A DNA stretch of 63,188 nt, the filler included, from Sluysia triapertura (Eukaryota), in assembly GCA_046118255.1 (NCBI GenBank). It is 5 parts of 5 records of this genome, joined end to end, with 100 filler letters (N's around TTAATTAATTAA, not from the genome) between each part and the next. Parts side by side here need not be neighbours in the genome. Positions count along the whole stretch, not along the records: positions 12,711 to 25,253 come from JBJNIA010099991.1; positions 25,354 to 40,966 come from JBJNIA010223574.1; 3 more parts are not named here. The stretch is one strand, 5' to 3'. Made by a program: the position numbers and the translations under genes. The first letter of the stretch is position 1. Each line of letters begins with the position of its first letter. Shown here in pieces: positions 14,131 through 26,579 of the stretch. Under the pieces are notes generated by a model. It was given only the letters and a program-made list of their open reading frames with translations, was not told the origin of the DNA and did not search any database.

Positions 14131-14524
14131 TACCTCAAATTAGCAAGTAAGACACGTATTAAACTTTTTGAATTGGAAAATAAGTCCTTTGTAAATTTTA
14201 TAACTGCGTGCTGAGTTACCTTTCCGAATAATGTCTGTTTCTCTCCAAAATATAGATATAATTTGAAATATAATTTATTTTAGTGTCTATAATTTATAAT
14301 GATTACTATATAAAAATAAGAAATATTAACTATTTCTAAAATATAGTAAAACTTTGTTAATATTAAAATTCTGCAAGGCATTTACGTAATAAATATTTTT
14401 AGTACTTCCTATTTTTGCAAGCTAAGATACAATCACATAAAATATATCGCATTATTATTATTCACTCCTTTTTATTTTTCTCATTTATTTTTTAGTAATA
14501 TATAAAAATAATCAATGTCATGAC

Positions 14525-16147
14525 ATGTCTATGTTATCACCTGATTCAGGATGGTTAAAATCATTTGAACAATCTTCACCAACTACTGAAACTAAATATC
14601 CACCAGTAGTTGAAATAGAAACTCGTTTACGATCATTATATGATAACGATAAACGATTTCAATCATTATTATGGATTCTTCAAACTAATGAAGAACATTA
14701 CTATAGTCAAACTATAAGACTCATGGCGAAATCCTGTCAAAACCATGAAATGGCTGATCGAATATTATCATTAACAAGGCATCCAGATTCATGGCTCGAT
14801 CGTTTAGTAAATTTTATTCAAATTGGTAAAGGTAAATATGGTGATGTATATCGTGCTAGGGATGTAATTAATTCTGAATATGTTGCAGTCAAAAGAGTTA
14901 ATCCTATATCATTATCAAATGACATAGAAGAAATTTATAGTCACGTTACCAGGTTATTTACAGAACGTGATGTGTTACTAAAAGCAAATGGTAGTGAATT
15001 TATAATTAAATTATTAGGTACTTATATTGATAATAATAGAGTATACTGGTTTTTCTTTGAATATTGCATCGGTACATTGGAAACATATATTCAGCCTAAA
15101 ATGTTGGGTCAGGATAGCAGTATAATGATGAATATGGTATACAAACCGATCATTTTAGATACGTGGAAAAAAATTAAAATGGAATTAGGATATGATTTAG
15201 AAAGAGTTATTTATATTTTAATTTTTGAAATGTTAGCTGCTTTAGACTTCTTAGCCAAACGAAGGATTGTTCATTGTGATTTGAAACCAGAAAATATTTT
15301 AGTTTCCAACAATGGTCACTTGAAAATAACAGATTTTGGTTTAGCTGAACGAACTCGTTGGATAGAACGCCAAAGTTCAATTTATTTTTTGCATCCCGTG
15401 GATGATTACGAAAATCAACAAAATATAGATCAGATTGTATCTTTTCAAGGTAATATGCGTTATTCTGATCCAGAATCTTTAGTTTTGGCTGTTAAACCAA
15501 TATTAAAAAATTGTAGAATGATAAACGATTTAATACCTTATTCATATGCTAAAGAATTGACGTATGAAAAAGACTTCCTTTGTGATTTATTTAGTGTTGG
15601 TGTTATTGCTCTAGATCTTTTACTTTTTGGCCATAATCCATTATCTGCTGAAACAGTTAATACTAAATTAACAACTAAATATGGTGCTCCTATACGTACA
15701 TTAGATGACAAACTTACTTGGGTTATTAAAGCTATTTATGATCCATCTCTTCGTCAAGATTTTATTTATCAATTTCTTAATGTTATTACGTACGGACCAA
15801 ACAATAGTGTGATGAATCTTTTAAAGTCTATATTGTCAAAACGTACTGAAAGAGCATTAAACTATACTAAAACAATTGAACTTAATACATTAAAAAATAA
15901 AATTTCTAGACGTTGTATTGATATAACAAAAATTGAAGAAATAGACTATTATAAAAATCTCAGCATAACATCTTATAATGTAATTAGTTATAAAATACCT
16001 GATCACCTTTTACATTTGTTCCATCAGCAAAACTACGATAATTTTCCAGTTATTGCTGGAACTTTTGCTCAAGCAATTGATATGACTGCTGCTGATCCTA
16101 ATAAAATAGGACTAGACATGCAGTTATTTAATTCAGCATTTATTTGA
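14525..16147 (+). CDS. Single-exon divergent Ser/Thr protein kinase, 540 aa
   Basis: GKGKYG, VAVK, alphaC Glu (TERDVL), HCDLKPEN, DFG, GNMRYSDPE and DLFSVG are present in order in one intact ORF. AATAAA at 16185-16190. Confidence 0.93.
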   Translation: MSMLSPDSGWLKSFEQSSPTTETKYPPVVEIETRLRSLYDNDKRFQSLLWILQTNEEHYYSQTIRLMAKSCQNHEMADRILSLTRHPDSWLDRLVNFIQIGKGKYGDVYRARDVINSEYVAVKRVNPISLSNDIEEIYSHVTRLFTERDVLLKANGSEFIIKLLGTYIDNNRVYWFFFEYCIGTLETYIQPKMLGQDSSIMMNMVYKPIILDTWKKIKMELGYDLERVIYILIFEMLAALDFLAKRRIVHCDLKPENILVSNNGHLKITDFGLAERTRWIERQSSIYFLHPVDDYENQQNIDQIVSFQGNMRYSDPESLVLAVKPILKNCRMINDLIPYSYAKELTYEKDFLCDLFSVGVIALDLLLFGHNPLSAETVNTKLTTKYGAPIRTLDDKLTWVIKAIYDPSLRQDFIYQFLNVITYGPNNSVMNLLKSILSKRTERALNYTKTIELNTLKNKISRRCIDITKIEEIDYYKNLSITSYNVISYKIPDHLLHLFHQQNYDNFPVIAGTFAQAIDMTAADPNKIGLDMQLFNSAFI

Positions 16148-17399
16148 ATAAGGAAAGATGATTGTGATTATTTTCATTTGACCAAATAAAGTTCATTTAA
16201 TTTTTATATCTTTGGTTTCCCATTGATAACCTATATTAAAATTATCACACATTACTTGCCCTATTACAATAATTTATATAATTACAATATTACTATGTAA
16301 ATATTGTAATATTTTTCTCTATTTTCTCTCAAAAACTTAATAAAATTTAAAAAGTTTGAATTCAAAATTAAAATATTTGAATTTAAATAGTGAGGCACAA
16401 TAATTTTGGTCGAATAAAATGAGAAATTAAGTGTTTTGTTATAAGAATTTGATAAGAGTGCTTGTCTACCAGCAATGTGATTTTGTAAGGATGTTTGTTT
16501 AATAAGTATTTGGTGAGATTGTTTAGAATTAAATTAAATTGTTAGTGATGAACCGGTTATACTAACTATGAAAAGTTAATATCTATAATGATGAGCCACA
16601 TACATTAAACGAATTCCTGATGAGCCAATAATATTAATATGTGAATTGAATATAAATATTGAATTATATGAATTGAATAAATATGAATGCTGAAGCATGA
16701 AATTAATGTATGGTAAAAAATTGAGTATTAATTGATGTGTAGTTTCATTAGTAGATAAAACTATTGTATGTAAATAAATTTATATAGAATAAAAGTTAAT
16801 GCAAATGAATAATAAATTAAATAACTTGTTAGTAATAGTAATTTTTTAAGCAGATGAATAATAAATCTATAGTATACGTAATTTTTAATATAAAAGACAT
16901 TAACAACATCATTAGTTTATTTTTACAATTCTGAGAATTTATAATTGATCGAGTTTATTATCGAGTTGTACAATATTGAATCAAGATGTAAAATATCGAG
17001 TTTATCAAATTTGTACAATTAATTTATTGGTTTCGCGTTATTGAGAGATTAGCAATATTTAGTTCACTGGTTTTTATATTAACAATATTTGGGCATTTTG
17101 TTTTAGATTTGATTTGGATTAGTATTCAGGTGCATAACTTAGAAAATAAATATAAATTTGTAAATTTTAAATTTGTAAAATTTTATCTGGTAAATTATAA
17201 AGAATTTATTTCTCTTTTATTAAACAAATTTGTATTTGTGATTAAATTTATATTGTTTATATAAAGTTTTATTTAGTGTAAGTATAAACCGCGGAATTGA
17301 AAAGTAATGCTTTTAAAAATAAGATCATAAGAGCCTAAATTTATAAAATTTGTTGATATTAGATATCAATAATCTTTTCGTTTAAATTCGTAATTATTA

Positions 17400-19320
17400 A
17401 ATAGTATTTCTGTATTTAAGAAAGAAAACACCAGAACTTTTAGAAATTCAAGGAAAAGACAATTCATTGAAAAATCTTAGGATAACAATACCAATGATTG
17501 AACTTAGAGATTAGACGAAGCAATTTTCTCATGACAAAACCTAAAGTAATATTTCCAGGAATTAGTAAGTTTAATTTAGGCGAGGAAGAGTTCTGCGATT
17601 TTTATATGAATACGAGATAGCGTAGCAGAAGCCAACAACTGCAGTAATACAGAAAAAATTAAAACAATCTAAAATTATTTAACTGGAGTAAAAATTCAAA
17701 CGTCTGAGATACATAATACAAATAAGCAAAATTAAATACTTTTGTTAATTGCTTTATATAAAATAGGTAAGTATTACATAAAAATGTTAAGTATAAGAAA
17801 ACAGAAACCACTTGAAACTGAGTACGAATTCACTTGAGCATTTAAACTTTAATAGATAAATTTTAATTTACGGTAAGAATTTATAATCGGTCATTTAAGA
17901 AAATCGATAAAAAATTAAAAGACACCGAGAGATCCGAAGACAATGATAGTATAAGTTATGTAAGTAATATCAATAATCATCAAAGACATAAAAGCCCAGA
18001 ATATAATTTAAGAAGTGAATTTTCTAAGTTTAGGAATACAGTAGATAACAATAATTATGAACAAAATGTAAATATCTTTCGAGGAAATAATAAGCGAAAT
18101 CTCAATCAGAGGAAAAACAATTACACTCAAAGAAGAGGGAATTCGAGAAGATTTCAGCGAAGTAATCAAAATGTTGGCTCACTAAAATATGAAGACCAAC
18201 CTTAACCTAGATTTCCAAATAATCAAAATGCTATTTTATAAGTAGGAATAAGAGTCCAGGTGGGTCTAATAATTATAATAATTATGACAATATTGGTAAT
18301 AACTATAATACTCAAACAAATATAGAGGGAGAACTAGTATAGCATATCACTACGGTAGATAACAGTATTTTAAATCAAGAATTAACTAAAACGCAGAGTT
18401 ACCAACCACCCACAGAACGTAGTCCTATAAGAAAAGTAAGATTTGACAAGAGTAGTAATACGGAAGTACAAATAAATTATAATTATGATAGATATGATAA
18501 TGCAGAGCAAAGAAGATGCAGCGGATACGATGAAGACTAAGAAAGTAACAGATATGTAAACAGACAAAGCAGATTAACAGACGAGAAGGCAAAAGTATTA
18601 TAAGAATTTCATCGAATATTATTATGATGAAAAGAAGGAAAGTTCAGAAAGAAAACAAGAAGAGGAGGATGAAATGTTTATCAACTATCTCTTGAATACG
18701 TTTTAAATTTTTTAAATAAGAAAGAAGAAGAAATTGAAGATAAGGGAATAAGAATAATAGAAACCGTTATAAGTGCACAAGAAATAGAAAAGGAAAGAAA
18801 ATATTGACGAAATTTTAAGAAAATGTGATAAACAGGAGATTAATACTCATACAGCATTAAGTAAAAAAATTTAGTAAATTTAGAAAAGTATGATGAAATA
18901 AGTTTACTTGATGAAGAAGAAATTGACAACGAAGAAATAGTTCAATCATCAGTGAAGAAGTATTTGAAAATACAAGACTGGATTCTGACATGTTACGTGA
19001 ATCAAACCGATAATAATTTCAGTTAATGAAGGTAGTTCAATAATTAGAGCCAGCATTTATCAAAGGAATGAAATACGTTTCTTTCGAATTTAAATAACGG
19101 TACAAGGGAAGCAAGAAATATTGTTAGAAATCTGAGTACCTTACTAAAATCAGACATAAATATATGCAATGGACAAAACATTTAGTTATATTAAGTCGAG
19201 AAAAGAAATTTTAAGGAAAGTCGGTGATCTGGAAAGAATCTATAAACCAAAAACATTAATATATCGATCAATTAATCAATTAATATTTTTATGGAATTTC
19301 TAGTAACAGTAAGTCAAATT
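17400..19320 (+). mobile_element. Heavily decayed gag-protease region of an LTR retrotransposon
   Basis: Purine-rich broken frames with gag-like KFNLGEEEFCDFY (~17567), N/R-rich and acidic stretches, and an IFMEFL remnant (~19285) resembling the retropepsin ILGMDFL motif. Confidence 0.4.
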
Positions 19321-19789
19321 ATGCGACGATAGTGGGTGTAGTGAACTCTAAATCAATTCATCAAAATCACAAACACATTTCATCACAAATCAGTACTTAA
19401 ATACCTTAAGTGAATAAGTACAACTTAGTAACAAAAACTTAAAAATTCAATTTTACAAAATAATGTAATTCCTATCAGGTGTGCGCTGATAATTTTATTA
19501 CTAAAGCAGTATTAATTTTCAATCAAGCTAATCAATAATCAAGCCTTATCATATTTTGAACATGTTACAAAATACAAAATGCTTTATAAAATTTGTATTT
19601 CGAAAAAGTATGTTATTCTCTTTTGCATTCATTTCTTATCACTATTACTTTTACAATTAACAAACGGGTGCATTAAATTAATATATTTATGGGAGTGAAG
19701 ACGTAAGAATAATAAAAATAATCATCTTCATAGTTGCTGCCACAATTTAGGATCTCACTGGGATACCTAATGTAGGTTTAGGATCTGAT

Positions 19790-20240
19790 TAAGTTGCATT
19801 TTTTACGTCATTTCTTAGACATAGTACGTATTCTTTACGATCATTTACATTTTCATAGAGTACATCTTTCATTTCCTTGGCAGAAGTGATATTCTTCATC
19901 ATCATTTATATTCTCGTGGAGTTGATTTTTTGTTTATTTTCTCGGACATATTTTTTTTGTTTATTTTCATCATCGTTCATATTTTCAGTGAGTATTTCTT
20001 TTTCTTGATTTCCAAAGGCACAGTTTGAAGTCGTTTTCATTATTTACATTTTCATGGAGTAACTATTTTACTTCATTTCTTTGGCATAATTGACTTTCTT
20101 TATCATCATTTATATTCTCATTGATTGTATATTTGGTATAGTTTGTACTTCTTTTCATCCATTACATTTTATTTCATTTATTTGACGTCGTTTTACCATG
20201 GTTTACATATTTACTTGGCATAGAACGGTTGTCTTGTTTG
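19790..20240 (-). repeat. Decayed ~60-66 bp tandem repeat encoding HENVNDxxExxLCxxN-like peptide units
   Basis: Recurrent CATTTACATTTTCAT / CATTTATATTCTC on +. Minus-strand units read ENINDDKESQLCQRNE, HENVNNENDFKLCL, HENINDDEEYHFCQGNE, YENVNDRKEYVLCLRND. Confidence 0.6.
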
Positions 20241-21440
20241 TTTTCTTGGGATCATACTCTTCGTATAAGATCGCAATATTAAAATTTTGCGCTTTGACGA
20301 TATATGAAATCTATTAAAAATCGAACAGCCAAAATTGTTTTGGTTTTTGATTTTGACTCACTTAATCTTGATCTAACTTTTATTTCTAACTACAATTTTT
20401 GTGTATAATAATAATTTTAATTTTTTACTTAAATTTTCTTTTGCCTCTGCTTTTGTGATTAAAATTTTTTAGCGTCTTACTTTCTTATACTTTCTTTCTA
20501 CTTTTTCTGTATTATTTTTAGGCAGCGATTTTTTAGTAATTTTTCTTATTGGTAAATTAATTTTAGCCACTTAGAAGAACATCAGCGTAGCTGAAAAAGA
20601 TGTACTTATAATTGGCTTTACAGTGAAAATTTATTTTTGCATAATAGTAATAATAAGAAAGCCTGGAAGCCATTTTGAATTTTTATTATTAAATTGATTA
20701 TTATTAATTTGATTCAATTATTATTGTTATTATTATTACTATTTTCATTATTAAATGCTTAAGGTTTACATATGTACAAACTACACATATGTCTTTTGAC
20801 GATAGTTCTTATAGTTCCTGTTCTAACATATTGTAATAAATATCTTTGCTGTAATGTAATAAAGTTTTTTGTTTCTTTATTCAATTATTTTTTACTACTT
20901 TTTTACTTGATCACTTTTCTCTTGACTTATTTCTCTTCTTAAGAATTTAGATCTATTTATCAATTACTAAAATATTCAGTATTATTGTATATTATCAAAA
21001 TCTTCACTATAGGTTATCAATTTAAGTCTCTTTATAAAACTCGAAATTATTTTAAACTTTATTCAAATATTATCACTTTATATTAAATTTAACTGGAGTC
21101 GTGAATTACAATACTCGTCCTAATTGTTTAGAATGAAAGTGCTTAGTATTTACTATCTAATAGTTTTATTCCCTTATGTAGTTTCACTCAAAAGAGATTT
21201 AACCTAAAATTTGCATAGAATTACTTAATTTAGCTTTGAATACTTTAATTTAAATTTAATTATAACAAAACAAAATATAAAACAAATCGAAGTTTTATTT
21301 ATTTTATTTATAATTTTTAAATTGAGAATGAAAACGACAAAATTAAATTACTCACGAATAAATTTTAATATTGTTATAGACGATGGATACAGTGCGAATG
21401 ACAAGCTTTCTTTTTATAACTAATAAACCACAGTGTGCCT

Positions 21441-21692
21441 GTTGTTGAATACCCACAATATAATTCTTGTTGATCAATAAATAATACGGTTTGAATAATA
21501 ATAATGTTTGTCTTTTGTTGAATATCCACAATATGATTCTTGTTAATCAATAAATAATACGATTTGAATAATAATAATGTTTGCGGTTTGAATAATAATA
21601 ATAATGTTTGCCTTTTGTTGAATACCCACAATATAATTCTTGTTGATCAATAAATAATACGGTTTGATTAATAAAAATGTTTGCCTTTTGTT
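21441..21692. repeat. Minisatellite, about 3 copies of a ~75-bp unit
   Basis: TTGTTGAATA(C/T)CCACAATAT(A/G)ATTCTTGTT(G/A)ATCAATAAATAATACG(G/A)TTTGA recurs at ~21442, 21515 and 21615. Confidence 0.92.
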
Positions 21693-22017
21693 CCTTTTAT
21701 ATTGATGTTTTATATTATACGAAAATTTAAATTTTATACACTAATTAATAATGATATAATAATAAATTCTATAAAAATAAATTCTGTTCTAATTGGTTTA
21801 TTAACACAGTATTAAATTCTATAATATTTATAAATATCCACAGTAAAATGAAAATTTACACAATATTAAAGTACATAATAGTATTGGTTTATTCTATATA
21901 CTAGTTAAATTTACACAGTATAATAAATAATTCTATAATAAAATATTTATAAATATTCACAGTACAGTTTACTGAATAATTTATTTGCTGTTTCATTCCC
22001 ATTAAAAATTTATGGAT

Positions 22018-22265
22018 ATTATTATTATTATGAATTATATTATTATGAATATTATTATTTATTATATTATTATTATATTTTTAAATGAATATTATTTATT
22101 ATTATTATTATATTATTATGAATATTATTATTTATTATATTTTTAAATGAATATTATTATTATTAAATGAATATTATTATAATAACATATTATTTATTAT
22201 ATTATTATTATTATATTTTTAAATGAATATTATTATTATTAAATGAATATTATTATAATAACAAT
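22018..22265. repeat. Compound (ATT)n low-complexity repeat
   Basis: Direct reading; repeated TTTTTAAATGAATATTATT units. Confidence 0.9.
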
Positions 22266-22719
22266 ATTCCTGAGATATTTACAAACATTTTTAGACTGGT
22301 TGACCACCGTTTTTTTAAATTTCTATCAACGAAATAAATATCTTTAGAATGTGAGTTAATAAAACTAGTTTGTGTTTATGTATATTCTATTTTACAATCC
22401 ATAGTCATACAATTCAATACCACTAGCCTTAGGCTTTTCTTTAATATTTTGATTCAAAGTCCTTGAATTAAAATCCACACTCTGAACATTATATGACGAA
22501 CTTCTAGAATTGCTTGCTAGAACTGCTTTAACTTAATTTTTTGGTAAACATTGTGAAGGGCTGAACTCGTCCTAGCAACTATTTATGTTTATTTTACATT
22601 CAGTTACTTTAAGTAGTGGAGGAAATAAAATTGGTTTTATTAACCGTACGCATATAACTAAAGGTTTCACATCATGTTGCTTTTGAGATATTTCACATGG
22701 ATATGGAAATTTGCCCAAT

Positions 22720-22805
22720 AAACTACATTTTCCTTTGTTTCCCAAGTATTTTCCTTGATACTATGACTTATCCACTTTAACTTTGAAAAGTATTTTTCGG
22801 AAAAA
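22720..22805 (-). pseudogene. Degenerate chromodomain fragment
   Basis: Minus strand reads KLKWISHSIKENTWETKENV (KVK-W via a 1-nt frameshift), matching the chromodomain VKWxGxxxxENTWEPxxN pattern. Confidence 0.55.
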
Positions 22806-23627
22806 CACTGGATTTGTTTTTAGAGAAATGTATTTATTGAGTTAGTTTAAAATTTAATAGTTGCTTTTAGGTTTAAAAGGTTTTATGTCAAAATGTTTGT
22901 GTATTTCACTTAGATTTTGGTTTGTTTCACATGTGATATTTTTATTGAAATTGCTAATAAAATTTTAATTGAAATGATTGAACCATTACATCCATTACTT
23001 TTTTGGAAAATTATATCAATCACACAAAATCCATCAAAAACTGAGTGAAATCCATTATTTTAAAAGCGAAATTAATAACATTTCCATTAATGCATTAATA
23101 ATTGCATTTTTCCATTAAAAATTATTGTCTAATTAAAAATATTTATAAAAATTTTGTTTTCTTTTAATTTTTTATACCATAGTTTTTGTAATAATAATTT
23201 TTATAATAACTTGATGTGTAATTAGTTATATCGGATAGGAAATAAGATTGAGAAAAATTGTGATATATTATGCCGAAGTTCATATAAATTATAAAATGTT
23301 TTCTTATGTTACTGTAGTATGAGTCATCACAAAAACTATACAAATGTCAATTGAGGAGCCACGATAATCAATGAATAATTTAACCATTCATTTTTGTACC
23401 TTAATTCTATTTTGGTCTGTTTATAAAAACACTAATAAAATATTGAAATATCAAAGTTTTTAAAGCGCACGAAAATTTTGGCTCAATTAAAAATTTAAAA
23501 TTTTTTATTGATTTAACTAATTTAATTTTTTGTAAAAAAATTACATAATTTTATTAATTTAAATTTATTTCCTTATTTATAATATTAAAATTAGATTTAT
23601 AATTTACTTTCAAATTTCGATTACAGT

Positions 23628-24194
23628 ATGGTAGAAAATAAATTATTGGTATTGACGATAATATTTTTATTATATATTTCTAATGTAAAAGCAAGTGTTA
23701 ATGTATCAGTTCAAAATTTTCCAATACATTACGAAGAACACTTTAGAATTATTGCTACAAATGATGAAATGAATTTTAATATTAATATTAAAGTTCGTGA
23801 TGAAAATGCCTTATATTATCAAAGTGCATACATTACTAATTGCAAGGTGGTTAATCATGATTCAACGTCGAAATTAGAAAATTTATTTGTGATAACTAAA
23901 CATGAAATAACGAATTTTGAATGTAGTGTATATTTAAAATTCAATGAAACCGCAAATAATAAACTTTTAGAAGTTATTACATCAGAAAAATCGATATTTT
24001 CTTATATTAAACTTATATATAGTAACGGTAAATTACCAGTAAATGAATACCACACATTTATTAGTGAATTGAACAAATGTGCCTCAATAATATCCTACAT
24101 ATTAATCGCTACAACTTTAATTGTTATTTTGTTGTATGTTATTTTATTTTGGTTCAAAAGAAAAGGTAAGAAACAGACGCAATCAATACTATAA
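23628..24194 (+). CDS. Orphan single-pass type-I membrane protein, 188 aa
   Basis: Hydrophobic signal peptide ending VKA-S, beta-rich ectodomain with Cys pair and NVS/NET sequons, TM segment IISYILIATTLIVILLYVILFWF, basic stop-transfer KRKGKK. Confidence 0.75.
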   Translation: MVENKLLVLTIIFLLYISNVKASVNVSVQNFPIHYEEHFRIIATNDEMNFNINIKVRDENALYYQSAYITNCKVVNHDSTSKLENLFVITKHEITNFECSVYLKFNETANNKLLEVITSEKSIFSYIKLIYSNGKLPVNEYHTFISELNKCASIISYILIATTLIVILLYVILFWFKRKGKKQTQSIL

Positions 24195-25253
24195 TGAGTT
24201 AAATATATCTTAGATAAATCTATTTTTAGTTTTATTTCTTAAAAAATAAATTTTATCGCAAAATAACTAAAATAAAAATTTAAATTTAAATCGCTAAAAT
24301 AATTTCGATTAATTATTTACATTACACAAACTGTAAAAAGTTCAAACATAAATATTTTAGATAGAAATAATATTAAATTATTTATGAAGTTTTCAGTTTT
24401 TGTTTGTCGAACATCGACCGATAAACAAATATATTTTGAACTGTAATAATATTAATAATTTTCATGTGTTGTTAAATAATATATATGTATATGTAATATA
24501 TGTATTGTATGTATTGTATTGATCAAAGCTGGATGCTTACTTTTCACCACGTAATTCCTGCGACTAATGATTAATTCTTGAGTGTTTTTGATGAAACGTT
24601 TGTTAAGTATAAAATTTCATGCACACAGATGGAATAATTTTCTCTGATGCATGAAGTAAAATATTTAATACTTAAATTTTCTTGATTAAAAACTTACTTT
24701 AACAAGAAGTTAAGTTTTAACCATTGAGTAATCATTACATATATTAAAGTAGTATTAATTTTCTTTATATATTTTGTGATAAAATAAATTTATGTTTCGA
24801 ATTAGTATTTTTTAAAGTTATGGTTGAAGTGTGAGTTTGGAATATAATGCTATCAAAGTGAGTGGATTTTATCAAGTTTGGTTGTACTTTAACTACGTTA
24901 ATTAAATTTTTCGACTTAACCCTAATGTGATTGTAATTGCTGTGATTTTCCTATCGCTGAGCAGGGTCCGGTTTCAGTAAATATCATGTCATAGAGAGGG
25001 TTTTCCTGTAAAAGGTAAATTTTGAATATGAAAGTAAAAGAGGAATTAAATCATATATATATAGGAACCAGAAATCAAAAAGATTATTTTATTATATCAG
25101 TTATTTGGTTGTAATTCTCTAAGTGATGAGAAAAGTAGTATTTTACTTAGTAAAATTGACTTATTTGATTTCCTTGTGTTGGGGTTGTCGAAAAATAAAA
25201 TGACTGAAAGAATATTGCAGCTTCAAGGTAAAGAGATCAATATTTTATAAAAA

Positions 25254-25353
25254 NNNNNNNNNNNNNNNNNNNNNNNNNNNNNNNNNNNNNNNNNNNNTTA
25301 ATTAATTAANNNNNNNNNNNNNNNNNNNNNNNNNNNNNNNNNNNNNNNNNNNN
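25254..25353. other. Artificial scaffold spacer
   Basis: 44 N + TTAATTAATTAA + 44 N. Confidence 0.97.
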
Positions 25354-25361
25354 TCACCACA

Positions 25362-25432
<71 letters not shown>
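25362..25432. repeat. (ATT)n microsatellite
   Basis: Direct reading. Confidence 0.95.
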
Positions 25433-25433
<1 letters not shown>

Positions 25434-26579
25434 GGATCATTTATCACCAGTGTTTCGGGATAATATCAGAAATCAAAATAAATGTAACAATCATTTCATT
25501 TTCGGTCAAATTTATTTTTCACAAGGTGAAATGTTCAATTTAACAATGAAAACAGAAATGAAGCTAAAACCTACCATGCGCGTTGAAGTTGCTTTTGTTT
25601 ATTTAAAAGGCATAAATGCATCATTCATAAAAACAATATCTTTTTCTAAACAAGCATCTTCTGAATTTCAGTGTTAGTTACATTTAATAATAAGTTTATA
25701 CTTAATGCCCGACTTTTATAACATAGTAATTATTTCATTAAAAATGACAGAATGTGTAAAAAAAAGGTCTTAAGTTCTAAAAATAACCCTTTGATTTCAC
25801 ATGTAAAATAAATACTCTGTAATACCAGGATTTCTACTTATTCAACTATTTCAAATTTAAATGTTTATAATTATACTGGTTTGCAAGTGTAAATAATTTA
25901 ATTTAATCTTAGAAAACCGATTAGAAAAAATAGTTTATAATTTTATAAAAATTTACAAATTAAAATAGTTTTCTGAAAAAATTAATTATTAAGTTTTATA
26001 ATTAAAAAATTAATTAGAAAATCTTTATCAAAAATCGCAGACAATTTTATGACATAAATATTTAAAAAATTAGTCATGAAAAAGAAAATTTTATCATATT
26101 ATCATATAAATATTTATAAAATATTTCTCCACAGCAAATATTTATCCAAATCATTTATGTTCGATAGGCGGCATAAATAAAAATATATTTTATATAAAAG
26201 GTGAAAATCAAAACATTTAACACAAAAAAATTATATTGTTTACGCTGATTATCGACTTCGCGGAAAACTTTATTTCAACGCAGTTTTTACTAATTCCTAT
26301 TCTTCGAGCACACCAATAACATTACGTCTTCTGGTTACCAACTTCGTGGAAAAATTTTATCGAATATTGTTAAAGAAGTTTATTCTTGAGAAATCAATTT
26401 GGAACTTTTGTTGATCAACATTTCTAAAACTATTTCATATCTGTCAATCCATGTAAACGTAAGCTGCTTTTTTGTTAAGTTTCTAGCTTAAAACCTTAAA
26501 TCCACTTAAAATCTTAGAAGTTATTGTATCAGGGCAAATCCTATAGCATTTTTATTATTATTCTTATTATAATTAATTT

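Noticed and set aside
21441-21692. CRISPR-like appearance of the ~75-bp repeats
   Set aside because: Units are contiguous near-identical tandem copies with no unique spacers, no cas genes, and a eukaryotic context.
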